Assembly (NCBI GenBank): GCA_965224705.1
Contig: OZ245056.1
Location: 2,720,001-2,784,000, forward strand
Length of the DNA: 64,000 bases
Direction of reading: 5' to 3'
DNA from: Spirochaetaceae bacterium
GTDB taxonomy: Bacteria; Spirochaetota; Spirochaetia; DSM-2461
Shown here: piece after piece, positions 30,766 through 41,121 of the stretch
Layout of the letters: each line of letters begins with the position of its first letter
Numbering within the stretch: position 1 is the stretch's first letter
The notes under the pieces: generated by a model
Databases searched by the model: none
Told to the model about the DNA's origin: nothing
What the model saw: the letters and a program-made list of their open reading frames with translations, nothing else
Made by a program: the position numbers and the translations under genes

Positions 30766-31564
30766 TACCGCCAAGCTCCATCAGTTCATAATCATATTTT
30801 TCCTTCAGATTCAACAGCCGTTCTCTTGCCTGCAGCAATTGTTCCCGATACTCCAGCAATTCCTGCCTGTTTTGATTGGCGGCATTGGTTTCTGAAATTT
30901 CCCTGCTGGCATTGTAGGATTCCACACGTAATCTTTGAAGATTTTCGGCAAGACTGAGATACTCTTCATAGTTCCATCTCAGGAAATCAAGCAGTGCTTT
31001 TTCGCGCTGGAGAAAGGATATCTCACTTATCCGATATTGGGAGGCTTCATATTTGACACTTGCGGGGAAGGTTTTTATAAGATCTTTGAAAATCTCTTCA
31101 GCTTCATTAAGACGTCCCAGTGCAATAAGAGATTCCCCAATCCAGTATTGAGTTGAAGCAACCAGTTGAGAACGCGGATAATCAAGAATGAAGTGGTGAA
31201 GTGCGATTATTGCTTTTTCCGGCTCTCCCCGAAGGTATAATAAACGAGCTTGATGATATCGCATCTCCGGCCTTCGAGTATGATCGGGATACAATGCAAG
31301 GTAGTCATCGACAAGTTTCCCGGCTGATTCATACTGCTTCCTCAGGATTTCTGTTTTTACAAGCCAGTAGTATGCTTCTGCATGATATGCTTCAAGATTG
31401 CTGTCCTGTATGATGCCCTGAAATATTGATGATGCCTGCTCTGCCCCACCTCTCTTCAGTTCAGCAATTCCAGTATCTAAAAGTGAATCGCCAGCAAATG
31501 CAGAAACTCCTGTATACAAAATTGTGAAGAGTACAAATAAAGCATGAAGTGCAAACCGTTTCAC
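30758..31564 (-). CDS. Exported TPR protein (CpoB/BamD-like repeats)
   Basis: Signal peptide and TPRs (AYYWL, YPRSQL...QYWIGESL). Probable GTG start at 31564 with a GAGGGG SD. Confidence 0.75.
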   Translation of the reverse strand: MKRFALHALFVLFTILYTGVSAFAGDSLLDTGIAELKRGGAEQASSIFQGIIQDSNLEAYHAEAYYWLVKTEILRKQYESAGKLVDDYLALYPDHTRRPEMRYHQARLLYLRGEPEKAIIALHHFILDYPRSQLVASTQYWIGESLIALGRLNEAEEIFKDLIKTFPASVKYEASQYRISEISFLQREKALLDFLRWNYEEYLSLAENLQRLRVESYNASREISETNAANQNRQELLEYREQLLQARERLLNLKEKYDYELMELGGNE

Positions 31565-31602
31565 GATGTTCCCCCTCATTATCGATATCGGCACAACAAG
31601 TC

Positions 31603-32280
31603 TTAAACCTTGAACATAAAATCAGTATTCCTGCATTTTTTCAAAGATTCAAGAGGTTTCCTGCTGGCATAAAAAGCCGATCCCATAACAGCAATGTCTG
31701 TACCAGCTGCCCAGACATCGGCGGCAGTTTGCTGACAAAAACCACCATCAATGGCTATTTGATAATTCCCTTCCCCTTCTTCACGCATCTGTGCAAGAAG
31801 CCGGACTTTCTCAAGGGTAGAGATGATAAGTTTTTGGCCGCCAAATCCGGGATCGACGGTCATCACCAATACCTGGTCCACAATATTGAGTATTTCAGCG
31901 ATGGTAGAGACAGGTGTTGAAGGAACAATTGAGATGCCAGCTTTCATACCCCTATTCTGTATCGTTCGAATGAGACGATGAGCATGTATCTCCGCTTCGA
32001 TATGAAAGACAATGGAGTCAACGCCGGCATCAGCAAATGCATCGACATGGGATGCAGGCCGATTGACCATGAGATGCGCATCCAATGGTAAATCGGTGAT
32101 TGTTCTCACCGATTTGGCCATTTGCGATCCAAAGGATATTACCGGTACAAAGGATCCATCCATGATGTCAAGATGTATCATATCCGCTCCTGCCTCTTCC
32201 GCAAGAGCAACTTCAGAGCGAATATTGGTGAAGTCTGCCGCCAAAAGTGATGGAGCGATGAGTCTATTTCTTTCTGGCAT
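31603..32280 (-). CDS. rpe: Ribulose-phosphate 3-epimerase
   Basis: IAPSLLAADF, HLDIMDG, DAHLMV, MTVDPGFGGQ, IDGG. Confidence 0.97.
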   Translation of the reverse strand: MPERNRLIAPSLLAADFTNIRSEVALAEEAGADMIHLDIMDGSFVPVISFGSQMAKSVRTITDLPLDAHLMVNRPASHVDAFADAGVDSIVFHIEAEIHAHRLIRTIQNRGMKAGISIVPSTPVSTIAEILNIVDQVLVMTVDPGFGGQKLIISTLEKVRLLAQMREEGEGNYQIAIDGGFCQQTAADVWAAGTDIAVMGSAFYASRKPLESLKKCRNTDFMFKV

Positions 32281-32287
32281 GAATAAG

Positions 32288-32316
32288 ATTATAGTTTTTC
32301 AGGGCTTCCGATCCAA
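32288..32316 (-). promoter_or_regulatory. Promoter of rpe (leaderless geometry)
   Basis: Minus strand TTGGAT-N17-TATAAT, then 7 nt and the rpe ATG. Confidence 0.6.
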
Positions 32317-32328
32317 GACCATGATCGA

Positions 32329-32357
32329 TTGACCCTACACTTATCTATTGATATACT
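32329..32357 (+). promoter_or_regulatory. Sigma70 promoter for the TPR-greA operon
   Basis: TTGACC-N17-TATACT with an extended -10 TG. Confidence 0.7.
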
Positions 32358-32380
32358 CAGATTGTAAGGTTAATACAGGA

Positions 32381-33328
32381 ATGCTGACAGGACAATCGAA
32401 AAGTATTGAAATTGAAGAGCTGAAAAAACAAATCTGCAGCTGCTTTCAAATCGGCGACTTGTTTGAGGCTGGAAAACTGCTGAACAGGGCTCATGCCCTT
32501 GATTTCAATGACAAGGAGATCAAAGTGGCCATGAGTGCCTGTGGGTTCTGGGATCAGCGGGTTCAGAATGTATCCAGTATAGCCTGTGATGGAGCACGCG
32601 GGGATTTCTTCCGTTATCAATGGAGAGTGTTTGAGGCGCATTACAAACAGAAGAGGGAGCATTCTCTGGATGAAGGATTCTCATCTCTCAAATTCTGGGT
32701 TCACAGTGAAGCATTGAAATACTATCAAGATCAAATCAAGGCCACAGGGGATGAGGATGCAATTCTGCGGGCATCCATCTGTTTGAAGATGCTTGGACAT
32801 TATGATGAAGCTATTGAAAATCTTGAGTATATTCTGAGAATAAGCAATACTGGAAATGTGAGCTGCATGGCTGAACTCGCTGATGTATATATGCTAATTG
32901 GAGAGGCTACCGCCGGTAAGGCTTTGATACGTGAAGCCTTGTTTCTTGATGCCCCGAAGGTGGAAATGAATAGTTTAACATCACCTTTGTTCAGAAAAAT
33001 GATAGAACTCCTGGAAACAGAATTGTCTGCAGATTCAGAGGTTTTCAATTATTGGCTTCCAGTGTACGGTGTTGTATGGGGAGGATTTGATGTTAAACGA
33101 GAGCTCAGCGAAGCTGAATATGAGAAGCTTAACCAGGTGATTTACGCACTATCCAGTGAAATTGCCGACGGCGATAAGAGCGGACGGCTGACACCTCAAT
33201 TGATCAATGCATACTTCAGGCTGGCTGATCACTATCAGCTCTCTGGAGCAGATCGATCTCTCATTGAAGAAACATTGATAAACATCAAGTTCTTTGCACC
33301 TGAATTTTACCGAAAACATTTTAGATAG
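32381..33328 (+). CDS. TPR-like hypothetical protein upstream of greA
   Basis: Helical repeat protein with ELAD.Y..IGE...K.LIREALF and WLPVYG motifs. The ATG at 32381 lies downstream of the promoter. Confidence 0.75.
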   Translation: MLTGQSKSIEIEELKKQICSCFQIGDLFEAGKLLNRAHALDFNDKEIKVAMSACGFWDQRVQNVSSIACDGARGDFFRYQWRVFEAHYKQKREHSLDEGFSSLKFWVHSEALKYYQDQIKATGDEDAILRASICLKMLGHYDEAIENLEYILRISNTGNVSCMAELADVYMLIGEATAGKALIREALFLDAPKVEMNSLTSPLFRKMIELLETELSADSEVFNYWLPVYGVVWGGFDVKRELSEAEYEKLNQVIYALSSEIADGDKSGRLTPQLINAYFRLADHYQLSGADRSLIEETLINIKFFAPEFYRKHFR

Positions 33329-33345
33329 ACAGCCAGGGAGGCCAG

Positions 33346-36051
33346 ATGCCTGAAAAATTAGTCGAAAACATCGTCGGAATGCTCAATGAGGAGAAATGGA
33401 CAAGGGCAACTCTTAACGATTATGCCGTGAGCAATTTCCAGACCCTTGATAGTTTAATTGAACAGATCCTGGCTGAAAATCATCAGGATGAGATTAAGAG
33501 CCTTTGTGAGGAGCATCTTGAGCATACAAAGAACAGTTTCGCGGCCCTTTATATCTGTGGTATTATATCCTTAAGCAAGCATCAGGTAGATGACACACAC
33601 CTGCTCCATCTAATCAGTATTTTTGCGGACAACCACAAGTGGTCCGCAGTGAGATATCTATGCCAGCGCATATTGGATTTCGGTGAGAACAAAGATGCAC
33701 TGAAGATTCTGGCCGAAACTCTGGAACATTTGAACCTCCCTCAGAACATGCAGGATATATGGGAGAGACTCATCAAAGTCGACTTCTCTGAAACAGACAT
33801 TGTGAAGCGGCTGGCTGAGATGAAAGAAGCAAATGATGATCTGGAAGGCGCTGTATTGTATTACAGAAAGGCCATCCACAGATATGTCAATAAGAACCAG
33901 TATAATCATGTAAAAGATACCTGGAAGAAACTGATAGAACTTGGAGTAGATGATTATGAATTCTTCTTCCTGATTGAAAAGAAAGTGGCTAAATCAATGT
34001 CTCCAGACCGGGCCGTCAATCTTCTTGAAGCATTATATCCTGCCATCAAGGAACAGGAGGAGTGGGCTGTCGCCATTGAAGTCCTGAAAAAGATTCTCAA
34101 TTATGATGGACGCAATAACTGGGCAAGACTGGAAATCATTGAGTGCTATAAAAACAGGTATGCTTCTCACAGTCAGGTTGATGAGTGTATAAAGCTTTCC
34201 AATCTGAATCAAAACTGGCGTAATGTACTGGAAGCCATAGCTGATTTTGAAAAACACATATCGTTTGATACCGGAAGTTTTGTTTTTCACAATACATGGG
34301 GTGTCGGAATTATTAAAACTATCAAGGACGACAGGATTACTATTGACTTTGCCAAAAAGCGGGCTCATGGTATGTCATTGAAAATGGCTGTTGGGGCACT
34401 TCAGAGTCTTGCCAATGACCATATCTGGGTTTTAAAAAGTCTGCATGTCAGAGAAGATCTTAGATTGAAGGTTAAGAAGGATGTTCCCTGGGCATTGAAG
34501 ACTATTATCCGCAGTTTTGACAATGTCGCTGATATAAAAAAGATCAAAAGTGAACTCGTTCCCACAATCCTTTCTGCCGGTGAATGGACAACATGGAGTA
34601 TTCAGGCAAGAAAGCATCTGAAAACTGATCCGATATTCGGCAATGTCCCCGATCAGCTGGATCAATTTGTTGTCCGTGATAATCCAATGAGTTTTGAAGA
34701 GAAAGCTTTTAATCAATTCAAAGCGGAGAAAGACTTCTTTGGAAAAATCCAGTACGCAAGAGAATTCATGGAACACAGCGACAGGGATTCAGAATTTTTT
34801 GGTGAAGTGTTCAGTTATTTCAGAGCGTTTCTCAATTCAGGTACAATAACACCGCAGCTGGTGGCCAGTTATTTATTCCTTGAAAAACTCAGTATAGACA
34901 GCCCCCATCTGAATCCAAATTTGAATTGGGGCTTTAAAGAGCTCTGGGCTGACATAGAAGAACCGGTAGAAATATTTTCTCAAATTGAAGATGCTGATAT
35001 TCGCATGTATTATCTTGAAGCTGTTCACAAGCACATTGAAGACTGGCCGGAAATCTACCTGAATCTCTTTCCTGTACAGCTCTCAGACAGCATGCTGAAG
35101 CTTCTGTCTGAATCTGGCTACAAAAAAGATGTCATAAAGAAACTTGAAGAGATCATTGAACACTACAGGGAGTATCGCGAAGGTTTGATCTGGATAGCTC
35201 AACATGCAGCAGACAATCAGTGGCTGAGTGAATTCAAACTGGATATTTCAAAGATTCTTATCAATATGATTCGTCTTCTTGATCTTACATTTAATGAAAT
35301 AGATAACAGACAGGAAGTGAGCAGCAACCGAAAACTGAATCGGCGGATACAAAAATATTTGTTTAAAGAAGAAAAACTGAAGGCGTTCATTGCTGATGAG
35401 GATGTAAACTTTGCCACGAGAATATTTTCATTACTTGAAGGAATAAACAAACTGGATCCCGTACTCAAGCGTGATCTCAAAGACATGGTCCAGAACTTAT
35501 TCCCCGACATTAAACTTTACGGGGAGAAGCAGGAAAGTGAATCACAAATTACAGCATCATCGCGTTACTTCTACACAACCCGGACAAGTTTAGCCGCAAA
35601 GCAAAAAGAGCTTAAGCATATTCTTGAAGTGGAGATTCCCAATAACTCGAAAGAAATCGGGATTGCCATTGAACTGGGTGATCTGAGTGAAAATGCTGAG
35701 TACAAGGCAGGAAAGGAAAAACAGGAATCTTTACAGCTTCATGTTGGTCGACTCAAGGATGAGATAGAAAGGGCACGGCTGTTCCCGGAGAAAGATCGTA
35801 TTGCTGGTAAAATCGGGTTTGGTACTGTGCTCATCCTGGACGACATGGTGGAATCCAGGGAGGAGACATACACTATCCTTGGGCCCTGGGAATCTGATCC
35901 ATCGGCGAAGACAATATCCTATCTTTCTCCGTTTGGACGTAATCTCATTGGTAAAAGTGAAGGAGATTTCCTGGAGTTCGCTATAAATGACAGAAACTAC
36001 AAGTTCTCAGTAAAAAGTGTCACTCCGATGACCTTGTCCCAGGAAGCTTAA
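33346..36051 (+). CDS. greA: Transcription elongation factor GreA, large form with ~740-aa N-terminal extension
   Basis: C-terminal GDLSENAEYKA, GFGT, TILGPWESDP...ISYLSPFG. Confidence 0.92.
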   Translation: MPEKLVENIVGMLNEEKWTRATLNDYAVSNFQTLDSLIEQILAENHQDEIKSLCEEHLEHTKNSFAALYICGIISLSKHQVDDTHLLHLISIFADNHKWSAVRYLCQRILDFGENKDALKILAETLEHLNLPQNMQDIWERLIKVDFSETDIVKRLAEMKEANDDLEGAVLYYRKAIHRYVNKNQYNHVKDTWKKLIELGVDDYEFFFLIEKKVAKSMSPDRAVNLLEALYPAIKEQEEWAVAIEVLKKILNYDGRNNWARLEIIECYKNRYASHSQVDECIKLSNLNQNWRNVLEAIADFEKHISFDTGSFVFHNTWGVGIIKTIKDDRITIDFAKKRAHGMSLKMAVGALQSLANDHIWVLKSLHVREDLRLKVKKDVPWALKTIIRSFDNVADIKKIKSELVPTILSAGEWTTWSIQARKHLKTDPIFGNVPDQLDQFVVRDNPMSFEEKAFNQFKAEKDFFGKIQYAREFMEHSDRDSEFFGEVFSYFRAFLNSGTITPQLVASYLFLEKLSIDSPHLNPNLNWGFKELWADIEEPVEIFSQIEDADIRMYYLEAVHKHIEDWPEIYLNLFPVQLSDSMLKLLSESGYKKDVIKKLEEIIEHYREYREGLIWIAQHAADNQWLSEFKLDISKILINMIRLLDLTFNEIDNRQEVSSNRKLNRRIQKYLFKEEKLKAFIADEDVNFATRIFSLLEGINKLDPVLKRDLKDMVQNLFPDIKLYGEKQESESQITASSRYFYTTRTSLAAKQKELKHILEVEIPNNSKEIGIAIELGDLSENAEYKAGKEKQESLQLHVGRLKDEIERARLFPEKDRIAGKIGFGTVLILDDMVESREETYTILGPWESDPSAKTISYLSPFGRNLIGKSEGDFLEFAINDRNYKFSVKSVTPMTLSQEA

Positions 36052-37366
36052 CTTCACGGCGAATACGGCCATCGACGCCTTCCGCATCCAGAGCTTTGAT
36101 CTTCTCCTCCATTCCCAGATGGTTCCGCCTGATGCCTCTGACAGCATAAACGACAATGAGCCAGTTGCTATGTGTCAGCATTCGCTCATAGAGTGGTGAT
36201 AATTCAGACCAGTCTGCTAATGACAATTCCCTGCTTGTAAACTCAAAGAAACGGTTCTGATCCTCTTCCCACAGTTCATTGATCACAGTTTCCAGTGCAT
36301 CAACTGTACCGGGTACTTTGTTATTGATGAGTGCATTGATACCAGCCAGCCTTGATTCCGTATCATATTGCTCATTGACTATGTAGTCGAAGAGGAAATC
36401 ATGGGTGTCCCTGTCGCCTGTGGCAGCAAGGGATCCAAGTGATGCGATACGGACCTGTTTTACAGGGTCTTTGACTGCTTTGTATTGTAGAAGTGCTTGA
36501 ATATCCTTTGAATCCTGGCCAGTAAGCTTCTCAGCAGCCGTTACTCTGATTCTCCAGAATGAATCCCTCTTCAAAGCCTGAACAAGGACTGGCGTGATAT
36601 CCTGTCCTTCAAATTCGGCTAATCCAGCCAATGCATAGGAGCGGAGTATTGAGTCGGAATCATTCTCCAGATAGACTCGCTCAATGACTGGATAATCCTC
36701 CCTGCGGCCAATCTTCCCCAGGGATATACAGGCAATACGGCGCTGCACCACCGGAGATCCTTCATTCTCCATGATATACAGGAGCTCATCTCCAGCTTGT
36801 TCATAACGTAAATCACCTAATGCCGTTATGAGAGCAATGGCTAACTCATCTTCCGCTGCGGTATCAAGATTTTTCAGCCGATCAAGAAGTGTCTGCGCAA
36901 TATTTTTGTCACTGACGGCACCTGTTTTCCCCAGGGCTCTCACCGCATATTCAGCTATGGAAGAATTTCGATCTTCCGTGAGTTTCAACAGCACATCTGT
37001 TGATTCAATGTCCTTCATTTCCGCAATATAGGTTAACGCACTCCGGGATACATCCTCTGAGAAATCCAGATCCTGAATAATCCTGTCAAGTTCTTCCCTT
37101 GCGAAGGGTAATCCTGCTTCATATTCAGTTTCTTCCCACAATCTGAATATCCCCTGGAGTATTTGCGGGTTACGGGTTTCTGGAAGGATTTCTGCCAACA
37201 GTTCATTATACGAAGCAATTTTATCATGAGTGAGATCTCCCAGAACAGAAATCACATCATTCTCAATACCGTAGCGGAGAATCTGTTCTCGGGCATCTTT
37301 TTCCTGAGAGTGCAGTAAAACTGGAATGAAGCACAGGATTATAACCTGAATTTTATGCATATTCAT
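36020..37366 (-). CDS. Exported HEAT-repeat protein
   Basis: Signal peptide and repeated A..ALG..G HEAT-like units; 3' end overlaps the convergent greA. Confidence 0.8.
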   Translation of the reverse strand: MNMHKIQVIILCFIPVLLHSQEKDAREQILRYGIENDVISVLGDLTHDKIASYNELLAEILPETRNPQILQGIFRLWEETEYEAGLPFAREELDRIIQDLDFSEDVSRSALTYIAEMKDIESTDVLLKLTEDRNSSIAEYAVRALGKTGAVSDKNIAQTLLDRLKNLDTAAEDELAIALITALGDLRYEQAGDELLYIMENEGSPVVQRRIACISLGKIGRREDYPVIERVYLENDSDSILRSYALAGLAEFEGQDITPVLVQALKRDSFWRIRVTAAEKLTGQDSKDIQALLQYKAVKDPVKQVRIASLGSLAATGDRDTHDFLFDYIVNEQYDTESRLAGINALINNKVPGTVDALETVINELWEEDQNRFFEFTSRELSLADWSELSPLYERMLTHSNWLIVVYAVRGIRRNHLGMEEKIKALDAEGVDGRIRREVKLPGTRSSE

Positions 37367-38922
37367 TTCTTCTTCTTAAACAGTATCGACACAATTTCAA
37401 CCTTCATCCAGATATACAGGCTTAGAATAACCGCTGCCGCTCCCCCTCCCACAGATATCAGTATCCAGAGATTTTTCCATGTACTTCCTTCCTTCCACCA
37501 CCGGGATCCCAGGGAGTAATGAGCTGCTATAATAACAAATGAACCACATATACAGGCAAGGATAATTTTCCCCGCGAATCGCAGTGTAATTCCCTTTATA
37601 CTGAATCCCATGGTTTGCCTGATCAGAACGTACTGCAGCAAAGTCCCAATAAAAAATGCCAGAGTATTGGCCCATGCAAGCGATTGGCTGCCGCCATTAA
37701 ACCTGAATACAAACAGCAGGGAGAGGAAGACATCAATGCCAACAGTAGCAAGAGCACAGTAAAAGGGTTTTCGAATCTGATTGACTGCATAGAATGCGCG
37801 CTGAGTGATATTGAAGATTCCAATAAATGGCATTCCCATGGAGTATGCCAGGAGAACTCGTCCTGTGAGGACGGTGTCTTCAAATTTAAACGCCCCCCGC
37901 TGAAATGCTACCGCAATAAGAGGTTTTCCCAGAGTCATCATCAATAAGGCTGAAGGAAGGAGAAGGGCCCAGAGATTTCTGTAGCCAAAACCAAGGCTTT
38001 CACAGATACCCTGATTATCATGTGAAGCTGCCTGAAGACTCATTTTCGGATATAAGACAGTGGTAATGGATGCTGAGAATATCCCAAAGGGCAGCTGGTA
38101 AAAAACAATGGCATAGGAGATAGATGAGGCACTTTTGTCCGGCAGAAATGAAGCCAGCAACATGGCAATTTGGTTATTGACAACAAACAGCGACGATATA
38201 AGCAGCATTGGAAGCCATCTTTTCATTACCATACGAAAATTGGCATTATCAAATCTAAAAATGGGTCTCAAGTTATACTTGAGTTTACGGTAGCCTGGAT
38301 ACTGCAATAGAATCTGTCCTGTTCCACCCGCCAGCACGCCAAAGGCTATGGACATGGCTCCCCATGAAGAATAACTGACTGCCAGACTGACGATAACGCA
38401 GATTGAAAACATCAGGGGTGCAGCGGCTGGTATGAAAAACCTGCCATGAGTATTGTGAACGGCCATCATGACAGCACTGATTGAGACAAATAACAGGTAT
38501 GGCATGGTCCATCGGAACAAAGTCGCACTGAGTTCCTTTTTCGCAGGATCCGAGAAATTTTCAAAAATCCTTACTGCCTGTTCGGGAAAAAATGTCGATA
38601 CGGTCAGTAGTGGAAGAATGAAAGCCAATTGAAGTCCCAGAATTGTACTCACCAGTGTTCTTGACCTTCTCCTGGTGGGATCGATTGTTATAAGCCGTGA
38701 CAATTCCGGGATGAAGGCTGTTGACAATGCTCCTTCCGCGAGAAGTTTTCTTAGATTGTTTGGAATGCTGAACACCAGATTGATCACATCCGCAGTGCCG
38801 CCAGCCCCAAACAATGCCCCAATCACGGCTGTTCTGACAAATCCCAGAATGCGGCTCGCCAGAGTGCACCCCATAACCAGAACAGTGTTGACGGCACTCT
38901 TTCGATGTGTAGAATCATTCAT
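37363..38922 (-). CDS. murJ: Lipid II flippase MurJ (MviN)
   Basis: SRILGFVR, PNNLRKLLAEGALSTAFIP, YQLPFGIF, FQRGAF. Confidence 0.95.
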   Translation of the reverse strand: MNDSTHRKSAVNTVLVMGCTLASRILGFVRTAVIGALFGAGGTADVINLVFSIPNNLRKLLAEGALSTAFIPELSRLITIDPTRRRSRTLVSTILGLQLAFILPLLTVSTFFPEQAVRIFENFSDPAKKELSATLFRWTMPYLLFVSISAVMMAVHNTHGRFFIPAAAPLMFSICVIVSLAVSYSSWGAMSIAFGVLAGGTGQILLQYPGYRKLKYNLRPIFRFDNANFRMVMKRWLPMLLISSLFVVNNQIAMLLASFLPDKSASSISYAIVFYQLPFGIFSASITTVLYPKMSLQAASHDNQGICESLGFGYRNLWALLLPSALLMMTLGKPLIAVAFQRGAFKFEDTVLTGRVLLAYSMGMPFIGIFNITQRAFYAVNQIRKPFYCALATVGIDVFLSLLFVFRFNGGSQSLAWANTLAFFIGTLLQYVLIRQTMGFSIKGITLRFAGKIILACICGSFVIIAAHYSLGSRWWKEGSTWKNLWILISVGGGAAAVILSLYIWMKVEIVSILFKKKK

Positions 38923-40039
38923 TCCCGCTGTCCTGAAAACGCTCTAGAAAACTATTCTTGTAGGCAGTGAATTCTCCGTCCGTTATGGCATTTCTAACTT
39001 CCTCCATCATTGTATAAATAAACTGGAGATTATGCTGAGTAACAAGCATGGGGCCCAGAATTTCTCTGGTAACGAATAAATGGCGCAGATATCCCCGGCT
39101 GTAATTCTGACATGCCGGACAAATACAGTCATCCATAACAGGTGCTGTGTCATGACGAAATCTCGTATTCTTGAGATTTAACATGCCATTATATGTAAAA
39201 CAGGTGCCATTACGGGCAACTCTGGTTGGGTATACGCAGTCAAACAGGTCTATTCCAGCCTCAACAGCTTCCAGCATATAGCCAGGAGTACCGATTCCCA
39301 TCACATACTTAGGTTTCTCCGGGGGTAGGAAGGGGGCTGTGTAGTGAAGAAATTCTTTGAAAACTTCAGGCTCTTCGCCAACGGATAATCCACCAATGGC
39401 ATAGCCGGGTAAATCCAGTTCCCCAAGCTGCCGGGCACTTTCTTCCCTCAGAGAATAAAAAAAATTACCCTGAACAATTCCAAACAATACTCCCCCGTAT
39501 TCTGTTTGTTTTTCAAGCCAATGCCTTTTTGCTCTTTTTGCCCAGGTTGAAGTAAGTTTCATTGCTTTCACAGCTTCTTCTTCACTGATTCCCGGCGGAG
39601 TGCAGACATCAAGCTGCATTTGAATATCACTGCCCAGGTAACACTGGATATCAACAACTGACTCGGGAGTTAAACTGTGTAGAGAACCGTCAATATGAGA
39701 TCGGAAATCAACTCCTTTTTCACTGATTTTCCGGAAAGGTGCCAGTGAAAAGATTTGAAATCCTCCAGAATCCGTCAGAATATTGCGGTTCCATGAGGAA
39801 AACTCATGTAAATTCCCATAACTCCTGATGACATCCATTCCAGGCCGGAGGTACAGATGGTATGTATTCCCCAATATGATTTCATAGCCCATATCCAACA
39901 ATGATGCATGGAGCATGGCTTTTACAGTCCCATTGGTACCGACTGGCATAAAAGCAGGTAATTGAAGACTGCCATGAGCCAGATGGAGCTGTCCTGTTCT
40001 TGCCTGAGAGTTTTTATCCTGGGCATATATGGAAATCAT
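38915..40039 (-). CDS. tgt: Queuine tRNA-ribosyltransferase
   Basis: FMPVGT, NTYHL, TDSGGFQ, GGLSVGE, FDCVYPTR, C.C..C zinc site. True start is the ATG at 40039. Confidence 0.97.
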   Translation of the reverse strand: MISIYAQDKNSQARTGQLHLAHGSLQLPAFMPVGTNGTVKAMLHASLLDMGYEIILGNTYHLYLRPGMDVIRSYGNLHEFSSWNRNILTDSGGFQIFSLAPFRKISEKGVDFRSHIDGSLHSLTPESVVDIQCYLGSDIQMQLDVCTPPGISEEEAVKAMKLTSTWAKRAKRHWLEKQTEYGGVLFGIVQGNFFYSLREESARQLGELDLPGYAIGGLSVGEEPEVFKEFLHYTAPFLPPEKPKYVMGIGTPGYMLEAVEAGIDLFDCVYPTRVARNGTCFTYNGMLNLKNTRFRHDTAPVMDDCICPACQNYSRGYLRHLFVTREILGPMLVTQHNLQFIYTMMEEVRNAITDGEFTAYKNSFLERFQDSGNE

Positions 40040-41121
40040 TATCGGGAATTTGCGGTCCTGAGAAACCATATACCGAAACCCAGAAACAGTAGATAGGGGA
40101 CCACAGCTCCTGTTAATGGTTCGATATAACCCAATTCCGATATAAGTGTGGCAATCATACGAAAAATGTACCATGCAGCGGATAAACCCAGACTGACCAG
40201 AAGACTCATCAGAAGGATATTGCGCTTGAAACGACCACCAAGAGCACCTGCGAATAGAACAACAAGCAATGGAGTTAGTGCAATTGAATATCGCTGGTAC
40301 AACCTGGCCTGATGCCCTTTGTACGGCAGTCCTGCTGTTCTTTGAGTTTTAATCCAGAGCTGAGCTTCACGATTCGTCATTTCTTCCAGTTCCCGGGTGT
40401 CCAATTTGAAGGTATCGGGCTCTTCCACCAGCAACTCGTCAGAGTAAATACCTATATGCTTCTGCACAATCTCCCCCCCTTCTTCACTGAACACTCGACA
40501 GGCTTCCAGCTGCCATCTTTTGTTCTCCGAATCCCATAACCCCCGCTGTGCATCAATACGTTTTTGAAAATTCCCTTCTGAATCCTGGATGATAATAGTG
40601 ATTCCTGTGAGAGTTTTATTCTCAGCATTATAATAATCTGCAAAGTAAACAACCTGGCCCTCCATGGAAATAGCAACTGCCTGAGATCGGCTGCTTGAAG
40701 TCTGGATATCAAGTAGTTCTTTTGAAAGCTTATTTCTTTCCTTAAAAAGTGGTATGACCAGCCGGTCTTCAAAAAAATATCCTCCAATACTGACGAACAA
40801 GGCAACGAGAAGAATGGGCATCGTAAAACGAATTAAAGGAACGCCGGATCCAAATACAGCAATAAGCTCATTTCGAGCTCCAAGATTACCAAGGGCAAAA
40901 GCAGCCGCAAACATGGAGCCGATAGGCAGTGCGAAAGAAATAGCCTTCGGACCATAGAGTAAACTGACAACGATGGCCTTTGAGAACGGAACTTCCTTAT
41001 TGAGATACTGCCAGAGATTCGCAAAGACATCCGCAAGAACAAGTATCAAACCAAAGAAAAGAACACCCAGAAAAAGGAAGGGTATGAATTCCATAAGTAG
41101 CTGCCGCCGGAACATTCTCAT
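40039..41121 (-). CDS. lptG: LptF/LptG family permease (LptG-like)
   Basis: 3 TM + NELIAVFGSG + periplasmic beta domain + 3 TM; ATG at 41121. Confidence 0.82.
   Translation of the reverse strand: MRMFRRQLLMEFIPFLFLGVLFFGLILVLADVFANLWQYLNKEVPFSKAIVVSLLYGPKAISFALPIGSMFAAAFALGNLGARNELIAVFGSGVPLIRFTMPILLVALFVSIGGYFFEDRLVIPLFKERNKLSKELLDIQTSSSRSQAVAISMEGQVVYFADYYNAENKTLTGITIIIQDSEGNFQKRIDAQRGLWDSENKRWQLEACRVFSEEGGEIVQKHIGIYSDELLVEEPDTFKLDTRELEEMTNREAQLWIKTQRTAGLPYKGHQARLYQRYSIALTPLLVVLFAGALGGRFKRNILLMSLLVSLGLSAAWYIFRMIATLISELGYIEPLTGAVVPYLLFLGFGIWFLRTANSR

Noticed and set aside
40040..40174. Extended N-termini from the ORF track (tgt; likewise lptG, dut, rluB, cyclase, lipoprotein)
   Set aside because: They overlap upstream genes; internal starts fit family lengths and translational coupling better.
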